This document shows, in pieces, positions 7,749 to 16,895 of a stretch of DNA of 64,000 nt. Where the stretch lies: NCBI GenBank assembly GCA_019117205.1, contig DXAC01000024.1:1114-65113 (forward strand), written 5' to 3'. This stretch comes from Candidatus Allofournierella merdigallinarum. Lineage in GTDB: Bacteria; Bacillota; Clostridia; Oscillospirales; Ruminococcaceae. Position 1 is the stretch's first letter, and each line of letters starts with the position of its first letter. A program made the translations under genes and the position numbers. A model generated the notes under the pieces. The model saw nothing but the letters and a program-made list of their open reading frames with translations. It was not told the origin of the DNA and did not search any database.

Positions 7749-10160
7749 TCATTTCACCGGGCTGGCGCCCCAGATGTTGTTGGCGTAATCGGTGACCGAC
7801 CGGTCGGCGCTGAACACGCCGCTGCCCGCGATGTTGGCAAGGCTCATCTGGTTCCAGCGGGTGCGGTCGGCGTAGAGCTTCGCAAGGTCCGTGTGAGCGC
7901 GGCGGTAATCGGCAAAGTCCGCCAGCACCATGTAGGGGTCCACATTGCGCAGGTTGTTCACGATCTCGTGAAAGTCCTCGCCGTTCCAGCCCTTCTCCAG
8001 GAAGTTCAGCACTTCCAGGGTGACCTCGTCCCGGTTGGCGAACATGCTGGGATGATAGCCCATGGCCTTGAGGGCGTTCACTTCCTCGGTGCGCATGCCG
8101 AAGATGACCTCGTTGTCCATGCCGGCGGCGTCGGCGATCTCCACGTTCGCGCCGTCCAGGGTGCCCAGGGTGATGGCGCCGTTCAGCATGAACTTCATGT
8201 TGCCGGTGCCCGAAGCCTCGGTGCCGGCCAGGCTGATCTGCTCGCTCACCTCGCTGGCGGGCATCAGCCGCTCGCTGGTGGTGACGTTGTAGTCCTCCAG
8301 GTAGACCACCTTCAGGATGTCCCGCACGGCGGGGTCGGCGTCGATGTATTCGCCCAGCTTGCAGATCAGGCGGATCATCTGCTTGGCCATGTAGTAGCCG
8401 GGGGCCGCCTTGGCGCCGAAGATGTAGGTCTTGGGGGTCACCTCGGCGTTGGGATGGGATTTCAGATAGAGGTACTGGGCGGCGATGTTCAGCGCGTTCA
8501 GGTGCTGGCGCTTGTACTCGTGCATCCGCTTGACCTGGCAGTCGAAGATGGAGTTCGGGTCGATCACCTGGCCGGTGGCCTTTTTCAGGTGGGCGGCAAA
8601 CTCCGCCTTGTTGGCCTGCTTGACCTCGTCCAGGGCGGCCAGCACCTTTTTGTCGTTTTTGAAAGCGGCCAGCCGCTTGAGCTGGGAGGCGTCGTGCTTG
8701 AAGCCGGGGCCGATGACCTCGCTGAGCAGGTTCGTCAGCGCCGGGTTGCCCGCCAGCAGCCAGCGGCGGTAGGCGATGCCGTTGGTCACGTTTTTGAAAG
8801 CGCGGGGCTTATACAGGTAGTAGTCGTGGAAGACGCTCTCCTTGATGATCTCGCTGTGCAGCTTGGACACGCCGTTGATGGAGTGGCACACATAGCAGCA
8901 GATGTTGGCCATGCGCACCTGGCCGTCGCCCAGGATGGCCATGTAGTCGATCTTGCCCTTGTCGCCGGGGAAGACCTTTTCAAAGTCGGCCCGGCAGCGG
9001 CGGTCCATCTCCTGCACGATGGTGTAGATGCGGGGCAGGGTGGTGCGGAAGATGTCGATGTTCCACTTCTCCAGCGCCTCGCTCATCACGGTGTGGTTGG
9101 TGTAGGCGAAAGTGCGCCGGCAGATGTCGAAAGCCTTGTCCCAGTCGTAGCCGCACTCGTCCAGCAAAATGCGCATCAGCTCGGGGATGGCCAGGGTGGG
9201 GTGGGTGTCGTTCAGCTGGATGGCCGCCTTTTCGGGCAGGGTGTCCAGGCTGCCGAACTGGGCCAGGTGGTTCTGGCAGATGTCGCCGATGGAGGCGGCG
9301 GACAGGAAATACTGCTGGCGCAGCCGCAGGATCTTGCCCTCCATGTGGTTGTCGTTGGGGTACAGGATCTTGCTGATCAGCTCGGCGGAGGCGTTCTTGG
9401 TGATGGCGCTGCCGTACTCGCCGGCGTTGAAGCTCTTCATGTCGAAGTCCGGGGCCTTGGCCTGCCACAGGCGCAGCTTGGCCACCCCCTGGCCGTCGTA
9501 GCCCTGCACGTACATGTCGCTGGGCACGGCGATCACGCTGGAGTAGTTTTTGTGGATCACATGGTGGAAGCTGCCCTGCCAGCTCTCCTCGATCTCGCCG
9601 TCGAACTTGATCTCGATGCTCTGGTCCGGGTGGCTCTTCAGCCACACCTGGCCGCCGGGCAGCCAGTTGTCCGCCTTTTCCTGCTGCCAGCCGTCCACGA
9701 TCTTCTGCTTGAAGATGCCGTACTCGTACAGGATGGAGTAGCCGGTGCCGGCGATGCCGGTGGTGGCCATGCCGTCCAGGTAGCAGGCGGCAAGGCGCCC
9801 CAGGCCGCCGTTGCCCAGGCCTGCGTCCGGCTCTTCCTCGTAGATGCTCTCCAGCTTGATGTCCGCGTCCGCCAGAACGGCCTCGGCCACCTCCGCCAGC
9901 CCCAGGCTGAACAGGCTGGTCTTCAGGCTGCGGCCCATCAGGAACTCCATGCACAGGTAGTACACCTGCTTGGCGCCGGTGCCGTAGGCCCGGCTCTGGA
10001 ACTTCTTGTGGGCGTCGCTCATCAGCTGGCGGGCGATCAGCGCCAGCACCCGGTAGATCTGCTGGTTGCTGGCCACCTCCAGGGTGGTGCCGTACTCGCT
10101 GGCCAGCCGCTCCTTGAGCAGTTTGTCGAATTCGCGCTTTGTATACTTTGCCAAAATCAT
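7749..10160 (-). CDS. glgP: Glycogen/maltodextrin phosphorylase (GT35)
   Basis: 803 aa. PLP-lysine signature 'EASGTGNMKFMLNGA', 'GLGNGGLGRLAAC', 'DTHP'. Start may be the TTG at 10154 (better SD spacing) rather than the ATG at 10160. Confidence 0.95.
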   Translation of the reverse strand: MILAKYTKREFDKLLKERLASEYGTTLEVASNQQIYRVLALIARQLMSDAHKKFQSRAYGTGAKQVYYLCMEFLMGRSLKTSLFSLGLAEVAEAVLADADIKLESIYEEEPDAGLGNGGLGRLAACYLDGMATTGIAGTGYSILYEYGIFKQKIVDGWQQEKADNWLPGGQVWLKSHPDQSIEIKFDGEIEESWQGSFHHVIHKNYSSVIAVPSDMYVQGYDGQGVAKLRLWQAKAPDFDMKSFNAGEYGSAITKNASAELISKILYPNDNHMEGKILRLRQQYFLSAASIGDICQNHLAQFGSLDTLPEKAAIQLNDTHPTLAIPELMRILLDECGYDWDKAFDICRRTFAYTNHTVMSEALEKWNIDIFRTTLPRIYTIVQEMDRRCRADFEKVFPGDKGKIDYMAILGDGQVRMANICCYVCHSINGVSKLHSEIIKESVFHDYYLYKPRAFKNVTNGIAYRRWLLAGNPALTNLLSEVIGPGFKHDASQLKRLAAFKNDKKVLAALDEVKQANKAEFAAHLKKATGQVIDPNSIFDCQVKRMHEYKRQHLNALNIAAQYLYLKSHPNAEVTPKTYIFGAKAAPGYYMAKQMIRLICKLGEYIDADPAVRDILKVVYLEDYNVTTSERLMPASEVSEQISLAGTEASGTGNMKFMLNGAITLGTLDGANVEIADAAGMDNEVIFGMRTEEVNALKAMGYHPSMFANRDEVTLEVLNFLEKGWNGEDFHEIVNNLRNVDPYMVLADFADYRRAHTDLAKLYADRTRWNQMSLANIAGSGVFSADRSVTDYANNIWGASPVK

Positions 10161-10239
10161 TCTCCCCTTGTTCTATGATCAGATCGAAAGCGCCGCCCCG
10201 GAGGGGGCGCTTCGCGGAAAGCGTTCAATACGCCTTACT

Positions 10240-10268
10240 ATTGTAGCAAGTTTTCCCGGCTGTTTCAA
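10240..10268 (-). promoter_or_regulatory. Candidate sigma-A promoter for glgP-GH13 operon
   Basis: Minus strand TTGAAA (10268-10263), 17-nt spacer, TACAAT (10245-10240). Followed by a ~70-nt 5'UTR with a GC hairpin. Confidence 0.5.
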
Positions 10269-10341
10269 GGAAAAATCAGCCTGCCAGACCAATTTGCGGA
10301 CCAAAACCACAAAAAAGTATCCGGATTTTACAAAATGGGGT

Positions 10342-10369
10342 TTGCGCAAGCGCCAGAATATATTATAAT
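10342..10369 (+). promoter_or_regulatory. Candidate sigma-A promoter for zapA operon
   Basis: TTGCGC (10342-10347), 16-nt spacer, TATAAT (10364-10369), in an AT-rich intergenic patch. Confidence 0.45.
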
Positions 10370-10440
10370 AAAGCGGTAAGAACATCGGGCGGCGTTGGGT
10401 CCGCCCTTTCTGAATATGCAACGGAATGTGAGGAGATACC

Positions 10441-10785
10441 ATGCCTGCCAACAAAGTGAAGCTGACCGTCTGCGGTTCCAACTATATCATTTCCACCACC
10501 GACCCCGAGAGCTACGTGCAGTCGCTGGCCGAGCGGCTGGACAAGGACATGAACGAGGTGATGAGCCAGAGCCCCTCGGCCAGCGTGGCCGCCAGCTCGG
10601 TGATCGTGGCCCTGGGCTACCTGGACGAATTGCAGAAGAACGCCTCCAGCGCCGACAACATGCGCAGCCAGATCAAGGACTACCTGGAGGACGCCGCCAA
10701 GGCCAAGCTGGCCGCCGAACAGGCCCGCCGGGAGGTGGAGCGGCTCCAGCGGGAGATCCAGCGCCTGCGGGAGCGCCGCCCGTGA
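10441..10785 (+). CDS. zapA: Cell division protein ZapA
   Basis: 114 aa. 'KVKLTVCGSNYIISTTDPESYVQSLAERLDKDMNEV' followed by a C-terminal coiled-coil, which is the typical ZapA layout. GAGGAG SD. Confidence 0.85.
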   Translation: MPANKVKLTVCGSNYIISTTDPESYVQSLAERLDKDMNEVMSQSPSASVAASSVIVALGYLDELQKNASSADNMRSQIKDYLEDAAKAKLAAEQARREVERLQREIQRLRERRP

Positions 10786-12884
10786 GCGGCCAGCCGGAAC
10801 ACGGCCGGGCCGCGTGCCTGACGGAAAAATACGGCCTGCGCCGCCCGGTGGAGGTGCTGGCCCCCGCGGGGGACGGCGAGGCCCTGCGGGCCGCCGTCTT
10901 TGCCGGAGCCGACGCGGTGTATCTGGGCCTCAAACAGTTCAGCGCCCGGCGCACCGCGGGCAATTTTGATGAACAGCAGCTGAAAGAGGCGGTGGCCTTT
11001 TGCCATGCGCGGGACGTGCGCGTCCACGCGGCGGTGAATACCACCGCCTTTTCCGGCGAACTGGGGGCCCTGGCGGACACCATCCGGGCGGCCGCCGGGG
11101 CGGGGGTGGACGCCCTGATCGTCCAGGACCTGGCCACCGCCGCCCTGGCGCGGCAGATGGCCCCCGGCCTTGCCCTGCACGCCTCCACCCAGCTCACCGT
11201 CCATACCCTGTCCGGGGTGCGGCAGCTGGCGAAAATGGGTTTTGCCCGGGCCATCCTGGCCCGGGAGCTGAGCCTTGCCGAGATCGCCGCCATCGCCAAA
11301 GAGAGCCCCATCGAGACCGAGGTGTTCGTCCATGGGGCGCTGTGCATGTCGGTGTCCGGCCAGTGCTACATGAGCGCCTTTTTGGGCGGGCGCAGCGGCA
11401 ACCGGGGCGAGTGCGCCGGGCCCTGCCGGCTGCCCTTTGCGGCGGACGGCTCCGGTGCGGCCCATCTGTCCTTAAAAGACCTGTGCGCCGTGGGCAGCCT
11501 GCCCGCCCTGGCCGCCGCCGGTGTGGCCAGCGTCAAGATCGAGGGGCGGCTGCGGGGGCCGGAGTATGTGGCCGCCGCGGTGGACGCCTGCCGCAGGAGC
11601 CTGGCGGGGGAGGACTTCGACCGGCAGCTTTTGCAGGACGTGTTCTCCCGCTCCGGCTTCACCAACGGCTATCTGGAGGGCAGGATCGACGGGTCCATGT
11701 TCGGGGTGCGCACCCCCGAGGACACCGCCGCCAGCAAGGCGGCCATGCCCGCCATCCGCCAGCTTTACCGCCGGGAGGCGCCGCGGGTGCCGGTGGTCTT
11801 CACGGTGTCTGTAAACGGGGCCGACTGCACCCTGGCCGCCGCCGACGGGGCGGGCCGCCGGGCGGAAACGCCGGTGGCCGGGGCCATGGAGAGCGCCCGG
11901 GCGGACCAGCGCCCCGCCATCGAAAAGGCCCTGTGCAAAACCGGCGGCACCCCGTTTTACGCCGGGCGGGTGGAGTTTCACGGCGAGCCGGGCTACCTGC
12001 CCGCCTCCTTCTGGAACGACGCCCGCCGCGCCGTGCTGGAGCGGCTGCTGGCGGCGCGCAGCGCCCCCCGGCCCCTGGCCTGCGCCCCGGCCCGCCTGCC
12101 AAAAGCCCGGCGGCACGCCCCGGGCGCAAAACAGCTCTGGGCCCGCTTCGAGAGCCCGGACCAGCTGCCCGACGCGCTGCCGGACGCCCTGGAGGGGCTC
12201 ATCCTGCCGCTGCTGCGCTGGCGGCAGGTGCCACAGCGCCTGCGGGCCAAAACGGTGCTGGAAGCCCCCCGGGTGATGTTCGGCGGCGTGGAGGGGGCCA
12301 CCGCCGCCGCCCTGGCGGAGGCGAAAGAGGCGGGCTTTGCCGGGGCGATGATCCACAACATCGGCCAGCTGCCCCTGGCAAAGGGCTGGAAGCTCTGCGG
12401 GGGCTTTGGCCTCAACGTGGCCAACCCCCTGTCCGCCCTGGCCTGGAAAGACCTGGGCCTTTCGGCCCTCACCGTCTCCCCCGAGACGCCCCTTGCCGAG
12501 ATGGAGGCCATCGACCCGGGCGTGCCCACCTGGGCCATCGTGTACGGCCACCTGCCGCTGATGATCACCCGGGCCTGCCCGCTGCAAAACGTCACCGACT
12601 GCGCTCGCTGCGACAAACAGGGCCTGCTCACCGACCGGAAAAACCGCCGGTTCCCGGTGCGCTGCGGCGGCGGGGTACGGCAGATCTACAACCCGGTGCC
12701 CCTGTACATGGGCGACCGGCTGGGCGAGGTGCCGGCGGACGCCGGCCTTGCCTGGTTCACCCTGGAAACGCCGGCCGCGGCCGCCCGGGCACTGGCCGCC
12801 CTGGCGGCGGGGGAGAAGTGGCCGGAGGAATACACCCGGGGCCTCTATTACAAAAGCGCCCGCCCCGCCGGGCGGGCTCCCTGA
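10782..12884 (+). CDS. U32 family protein ('peptidase U32'), long two-module form with Fe-S cysteine motif
   Basis: GTG 10782 overlaps the zapA stop (GTGA). 'VEVLAPAGDGEALRAAVFAGADAVYLG' is a U32 N-terminus. 'C-MSVSGQ-C-YMSAFLGGRSGNRGE-C-AGP-C' equals CX6CX15CX3C (nt 11343-11426). Confidence 0.85.
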   Translation: MSGQPEHGRAACLTEKYGLRRPVEVLAPAGDGEALRAAVFAGADAVYLGLKQFSARRTAGNFDEQQLKEAVAFCHARDVRVHAAVNTTAFSGELGALADTIRAAAGAGVDALIVQDLATAALARQMAPGLALHASTQLTVHTLSGVRQLAKMGFARAILARELSLAEIAAIAKESPIETEVFVHGALCMSVSGQCYMSAFLGGRSGNRGECAGPCRLPFAADGSGAAHLSLKDLCAVGSLPALAAAGVASVKIEGRLRGPEYVAAAVDACRRSLAGEDFDRQLLQDVFSRSGFTNGYLEGRIDGSMFGVRTPEDTAASKAAMPAIRQLYRREAPRVPVVFTVSVNGADCTLAAADGAGRRAETPVAGAMESARADQRPAIEKALCKTGGTPFYAGRVEFHGEPGYLPASFWNDARRAVLERLLAARSAPRPLACAPARLPKARRHAPGAKQLWARFESPDQLPDALPDALEGLILPLLRWRQVPQRLRAKTVLEAPRVMFGGVEGATAAALAEAKEAGFAGAMIHNIGQLPLAKGWKLCGGFGLNVANPLSALAWKDLGLSALTVSPETPLAEMEAIDPGVPTWAIVYGHLPLMITRACPLQNVTDCARCDKQGLLTDRKNRRFPVRCGGGVRQIYNPVPLYMGDRLGEVPADAGLAWFTLETPAAAARALAALAAGEKWPEEYTRGLYYKSARPAGRAP

Positions 12885-12897
12885 AAGGAAATTTGCC

Positions 12898-13338
12898 ATG
12901 GAAGTGCGATACACCCTGACCCTGCCGGGGGCGAAAGCCCCCGCCTACGCCACCGCGGGCGCGGCGGCGGCGGACCTGTTCGCCGTGCTGGACGCCCCCC
13001 TCACCCTGCCCCCCGGCGGCCGGGCCCTGGTGCCCACCGGGGTGGCCATTCAGCTGCCGGGGCCGGAGTATGTGGCCCTGGTCTGCGCCCGCAGCGGCCT
13101 GGCGGTGAAGCGGGGGGTGACCCTGTCCAACGGGGTGGGGGTCATCGACTCGGACTACCGGGGCGCCATCCAGGTGGGGCTGGTGAACCTGTCCGGCGAG
13201 CCCTGCACACTGGAAAACGGCGAGCGCATCGCCCAGCTGATGGTGCTGCCGGTGGCCCGGTGCGCGTTCACCTTTGCCCAGGCCCTGGACGAGACCGACC
13301 GGGGCGCGGGGGGCTTTGGCTCCACCGGTCGCCTGTGA
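12898..13338 (+). CDS. dut: dUTP diphosphatase
   Basis: 146 aa. 'ARSGLAVKRGV', 'GVIDSDYRG' and C-terminal 'RGAGGFGSTG' dUTPase motifs. AAAGGA SD 7 nt upstream of the ATG. Confidence 0.9.
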   Translation: MEVRYTLTLPGAKAPAYATAGAAAADLFAVLDAPLTLPPGGRALVPTGVAIQLPGPEYVALVCARSGLAVKRGVTLSNGVGVIDSDYRGAIQVGLVNLSGEPCTLENGERIAQLMVLPVARCAFTFAQALDETDRGAGGFGSTGRL

Positions 13339-13372
13339 ACAAAAATCCATATCCGAAAGGACGTTGTCGCCT

Positions 13373-13618
13373 GTGAAACGTACATTGCTGCTCTGCTTTT
13401 TCATCCTGTCCGGCATCCTGCTGGGTGCCATGATCGCCAGCCTGGCCGCCGGTACCCCCGGCCTTTCCTGGCTGGCTTTCTCCCAAAGCGTCGGCTTCCA
13501 CCCGGTGCTGGACCTGTCTGTCATCAAGCTGGACCTGAACTTCACCATGGGCATCAGCGTGGCCCAGATCATCACCATCAGCCTGGCCATCTTTCTCTAC
13601 ACCCGCACCCATATCTGA
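13373..13618 (+). CDS. Small membrane protein, DUF4321-like
   Basis: 81 aa with a GTG start. One N-terminal TM segment plus 'LDLSVIKLDLNFTMGISVAQIITISLAIFLY'. Sits in the dut/maf/mreB neighbourhood where DUF4321 usually occurs (recollection). Confidence 0.6.
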   Translation: MKRTLLLCFFILSGILLGAMIASLAAGTPGLSWLAFSQSVGFHPVLDLSVIKLDLNFTMGISVAQIITISLAIFLYTRTHI

Positions 13619-13654
13619 GCGGCGGCGTGAAATAAAACAAAGGAGTGTCTCGTT

Positions 13655-14206
13655 ATGTCATTGATCCTCGCTTCCGCCAGCCCCCGCCGCCGGGAGCTTC
13701 TCAGCCTGATCACCCCCGACTTCCGGGTGGTGGCCAGCCGCTTCGACGAGAGCGCCCTCGCCGCCGCCGACCCCCGCCAGACCGCCGAAAACCTGGCTTT
13801 CGGCAAGTGCATGGTGGTGGCCCGGGACTACCCGGAGGACACGGTGATCGGCTGCGACACGGTGGTGGACTGCGGCGGCAGGGTGTTCGGCAAGCCAAAG
13901 GACAAGGAGGACGCCCGGCGGATGCTGGAGGCGCTCTCGGGGGCCGACCACTATGTCCACACCGGCGTGTGTGTGTGGCACGGCGGCGAGAGCCACACCT
14001 TTACCGCCACCACCCGGGTGCGCTTTTACCCTTTGAGCGACGAGCAGATCGAGGCCTACATCTCCACCGACGAGCCCTACGACAAAGCCGGCGGCTACGG
14101 CATCCAGGGGGCGGCGGCGCTGTTCTGCGAGGAGATCGAGGGCTGTTATTACAATATTATGGGGCTTCCGGTGTCCCGCCTTGCACGTTTGCTCCAAAAT
14201 TTTTGA
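13655..14206 (+). CDS. maf: Maf-like nucleoside triphosphate pyrophosphatase (septum formation inhibitor family)
   Basis: 'LILASASPRRRELL', 'DTVV', 'KAGGYGIQG' Maf motifs. Confidence 0.9.
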   Translation: MSLILASASPRRRELLSLITPDFRVVASRFDESALAAADPRQTAENLAFGKCMVVARDYPEDTVIGCDTVVDCGGRVFGKPKDKEDARRMLEALSGADHYVHTGVCVWHGGESHTFTATTRVRFYPLSDEQIEAYISTDEPYDKAGGYGIQGAAALFCEEIEGCYYNIMGLPVSRLARLLQNF

Positions 14207-14234
14207 ATAAAGTAAGAAAGTTGGCCGCCGCCCG

Positions 14235-14263
14235 TTGAGAAACGCGGCGCTTGCGGTTATAAT
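14235..14263 (+). promoter_or_regulatory. Candidate sigma-A promoter for mreB
   Basis: TTGAGA (14235-14240), 17-nt spacer, TATAAT (14258-14263). Confidence 0.55.
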
Positions 14264-14331
14264 AGGAAAGTAAAAATCTGCGCTTTTGCATCATATACAT
14301 CCATAGAGTGTGGGAAAGGGAGTAATTCATC

Positions 14332-15348
<1,017 letters not shown>

Positions 15349-15392
15349 GCCCCGGCGGGCTTCTGGGCCCGCCGCCGTGAACAGATCCTTGC

Positions 15393-15428
15393 GCGGGCGG
15401 CGGTTTCGCCGCCCGCATTTTGAATTTT
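15393..15428 (+). terminator. Intrinsic terminator/attenuator between mreB and mreC
   Basis: Perfect 10-bp stem GCGGGCGGCG / CGCCGCCCGC, loop GTTT, tail ATTTTGAATTTT. Confidence 0.6.
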
Positions 15429-15461
15429 CCGGGCCGGCAACAAGAGTGAGGTGAGGCTTCC

Positions 15462-16307
15462 GTGAACGACTTTTTCTACTCCAAGAAATTCAAGATCCTG
15501 CTGGCGGTGGCCGTGCTGCTGGCGGGCATGATGGCCTGGGCCGGCGCCAACGACCGGCTCACCAACGCCCCTCAGGAGCTGCTGGGCGCGGCGCTGGCGC
15601 CTTTTCAGAAAGCGGCCCAGCTGCTGGGCGGCGGGCTGGACGGCCTGGTGGACAAATACGTGCGCATCGACCAGATCATCGCCGAGAACGAGCGGCTCCG
15701 GCAGGAGAACCAGGAGCTGCGGGACCAGCTGGTGGACTACGACCAGCTGGCGGCGGAGAACCAGGCGTTCCGGGACCTGTTGAACATCGAGGCGAACGAC
15801 CCCCGCTACCAGTACGCCTCCGCCTTTGTGATCAGCCGCGACCCGCTGGACCAGTTCGGCGGCTTCACCATCGACCAGGGCACCCTGCAAGGGGTGGAAA
15901 AGGGGGACGTGGTGGTCAGCGACAAGGGGTATCTTGTGGGCCGGGTGCTGGAGGCGGACGTGACCAGCAGCAAGGTGATGACCATTTTGCAGCCCGGCTC
16001 CTATGTGGCCTGCCTTGTCAGCCGCACCCGGGACAGCGGCAACCTGAACGGCAACGCCGCCTGGGCGGTGCAGGGCAACTGCGCGCTGGAGAACCTGCCC
16101 CGGGACACCCTGGCCCTGGTGGGGGATGAGATCGTCACCTCCGGGCTGGGAGGCGAGTTCCCCGCCAACATCCGGGTGGGGGCCATCCTGGAGCTGGTGC
16201 CCGAGGAGAGCGGCACCTCCACCATTGCGGTGATCGAACCGGGGGCGGACATCAACAAACTCACCCATGTCTTCGTCATCACCGGCGAAGAGGAGGAGCA
16301 GGGGTAA
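15462..16307 (+). CDS. mreC: Rod shape-determining protein MreC
   Basis: GTG start after a GAGGTGAGG SD. N-terminal TM segment, coiled-coil 'ENERLRQENQELRDQL', beta-rich C-domain. Confidence 0.9.
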   Translation: MNDFFYSKKFKILLAVAVLLAGMMAWAGANDRLTNAPQELLGAALAPFQKAAQLLGGGLDGLVDKYVRIDQIIAENERLRQENQELRDQLVDYDQLAAENQAFRDLLNIEANDPRYQYASAFVISRDPLDQFGGFTIDQGTLQGVEKGDVVVSDKGYLVGRVLEADVTSSKVMTILQPGSYVACLVSRTRDSGNLNGNAAWAVQGNCALENLPRDTLALVGDEIVTSGLGGEFPANIRVGAILELVPEESGTSTIAVIEPGADINKLTHVFVITGEEEEQG

Positions 16308-16320
16308 GGGGGCGGCGCTT

Positions 16321-16845
16321 TTGACCTCGCGGAACAAGCGAAACCTGACACTGGCGGCCAAGTGGGCCTGCTACTTTTTGCTGCTGCTGGTGGCCGCCAC
16401 CCTGCAGACCACCCCGGGCTTTCTCACCATCGGCCAGGTGCGGCCCATCTTCATCCTGCCCCTGTGCCTGGCGGTGGCCATGGTGGAAGGGGAATACCCC
16501 GGCGCCTTTTTCGGCGCGGTGGGGGGCCTTTTGTGGGACTTCACCGCAGGCCGCCCCGGCGGCCTGCTGGCGCTGGAGCTGCTCTTCATCTGCTTTGGGG
16601 CGGCCATCCTGGTGGAGCTGTACCTGCGGCTGAACGCCATGAACTTTGTGCTGGTGAGCGGCCTGTGCGCGCTGGTGGTCACTGGCGTGGACTTTTTGTT
16701 CTTCTACGCCATGCCCGGCTACGAGGGCGCCGCTGCCCGCTACTTTGAGCTGGTGCTGCCCATGGTGGTGTTCACCGCCGCCCTGTCACCCGCCAGCCTG
16801 TGGGCGGCCGGCCGGGTGTACCGGCGCTTTCCCCCCGCCGAATGA
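16321..16845 (+). CDS. mreD: Rod shape-determining protein MreD
   Basis: Multi-TM small protein directly after mreC. TTG 16321 is preceded by AAGGGGG with 8-nt spacing; the ORF-track ATG at 16267 would overlap mreC by 41 nt. Confidence 0.7.
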   Translation: MTSRNKRNLTLAAKWACYFLLLLVAATLQTTPGFLTIGQVRPIFILPLCLAVAMVEGEYPGAFFGAVGGLLWDFTAGRPGGLLALELLFICFGAAILVELYLRLNAMNFVLVSGLCALVVTGVDFLFFYAMPGYEGAAARYFELVLPMVVFTAALSPASLWAAGRVYRRFPPAE

Positions 16846-16895
16846 CCGGCGGTAAAAAACCAAACGCCCTGTAACGGAAAGGGGGCCGCTTCTCC

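Noticed and set aside
5802-10178. 1458-aa plus-strand ORF across the GH13 and glgP loci
   Set aside because: Same artefact. It is antisense to two well-supported glycoside-active enzymes, and its composition is dominated by G/A/V/L/H/Q runs.
10395-10781. N-terminal 129-aa extension of the U32 ORF (ORF-track start 10395) overlapping zapA
   Set aside because: The extension is out of frame with, and fully overlaps, the ZapA coding sequence. It has Arg/Gly/Pro-rich junk composition. A GTG at 10782 coupled to the zapA stop gives a normal U32 N-terminus.
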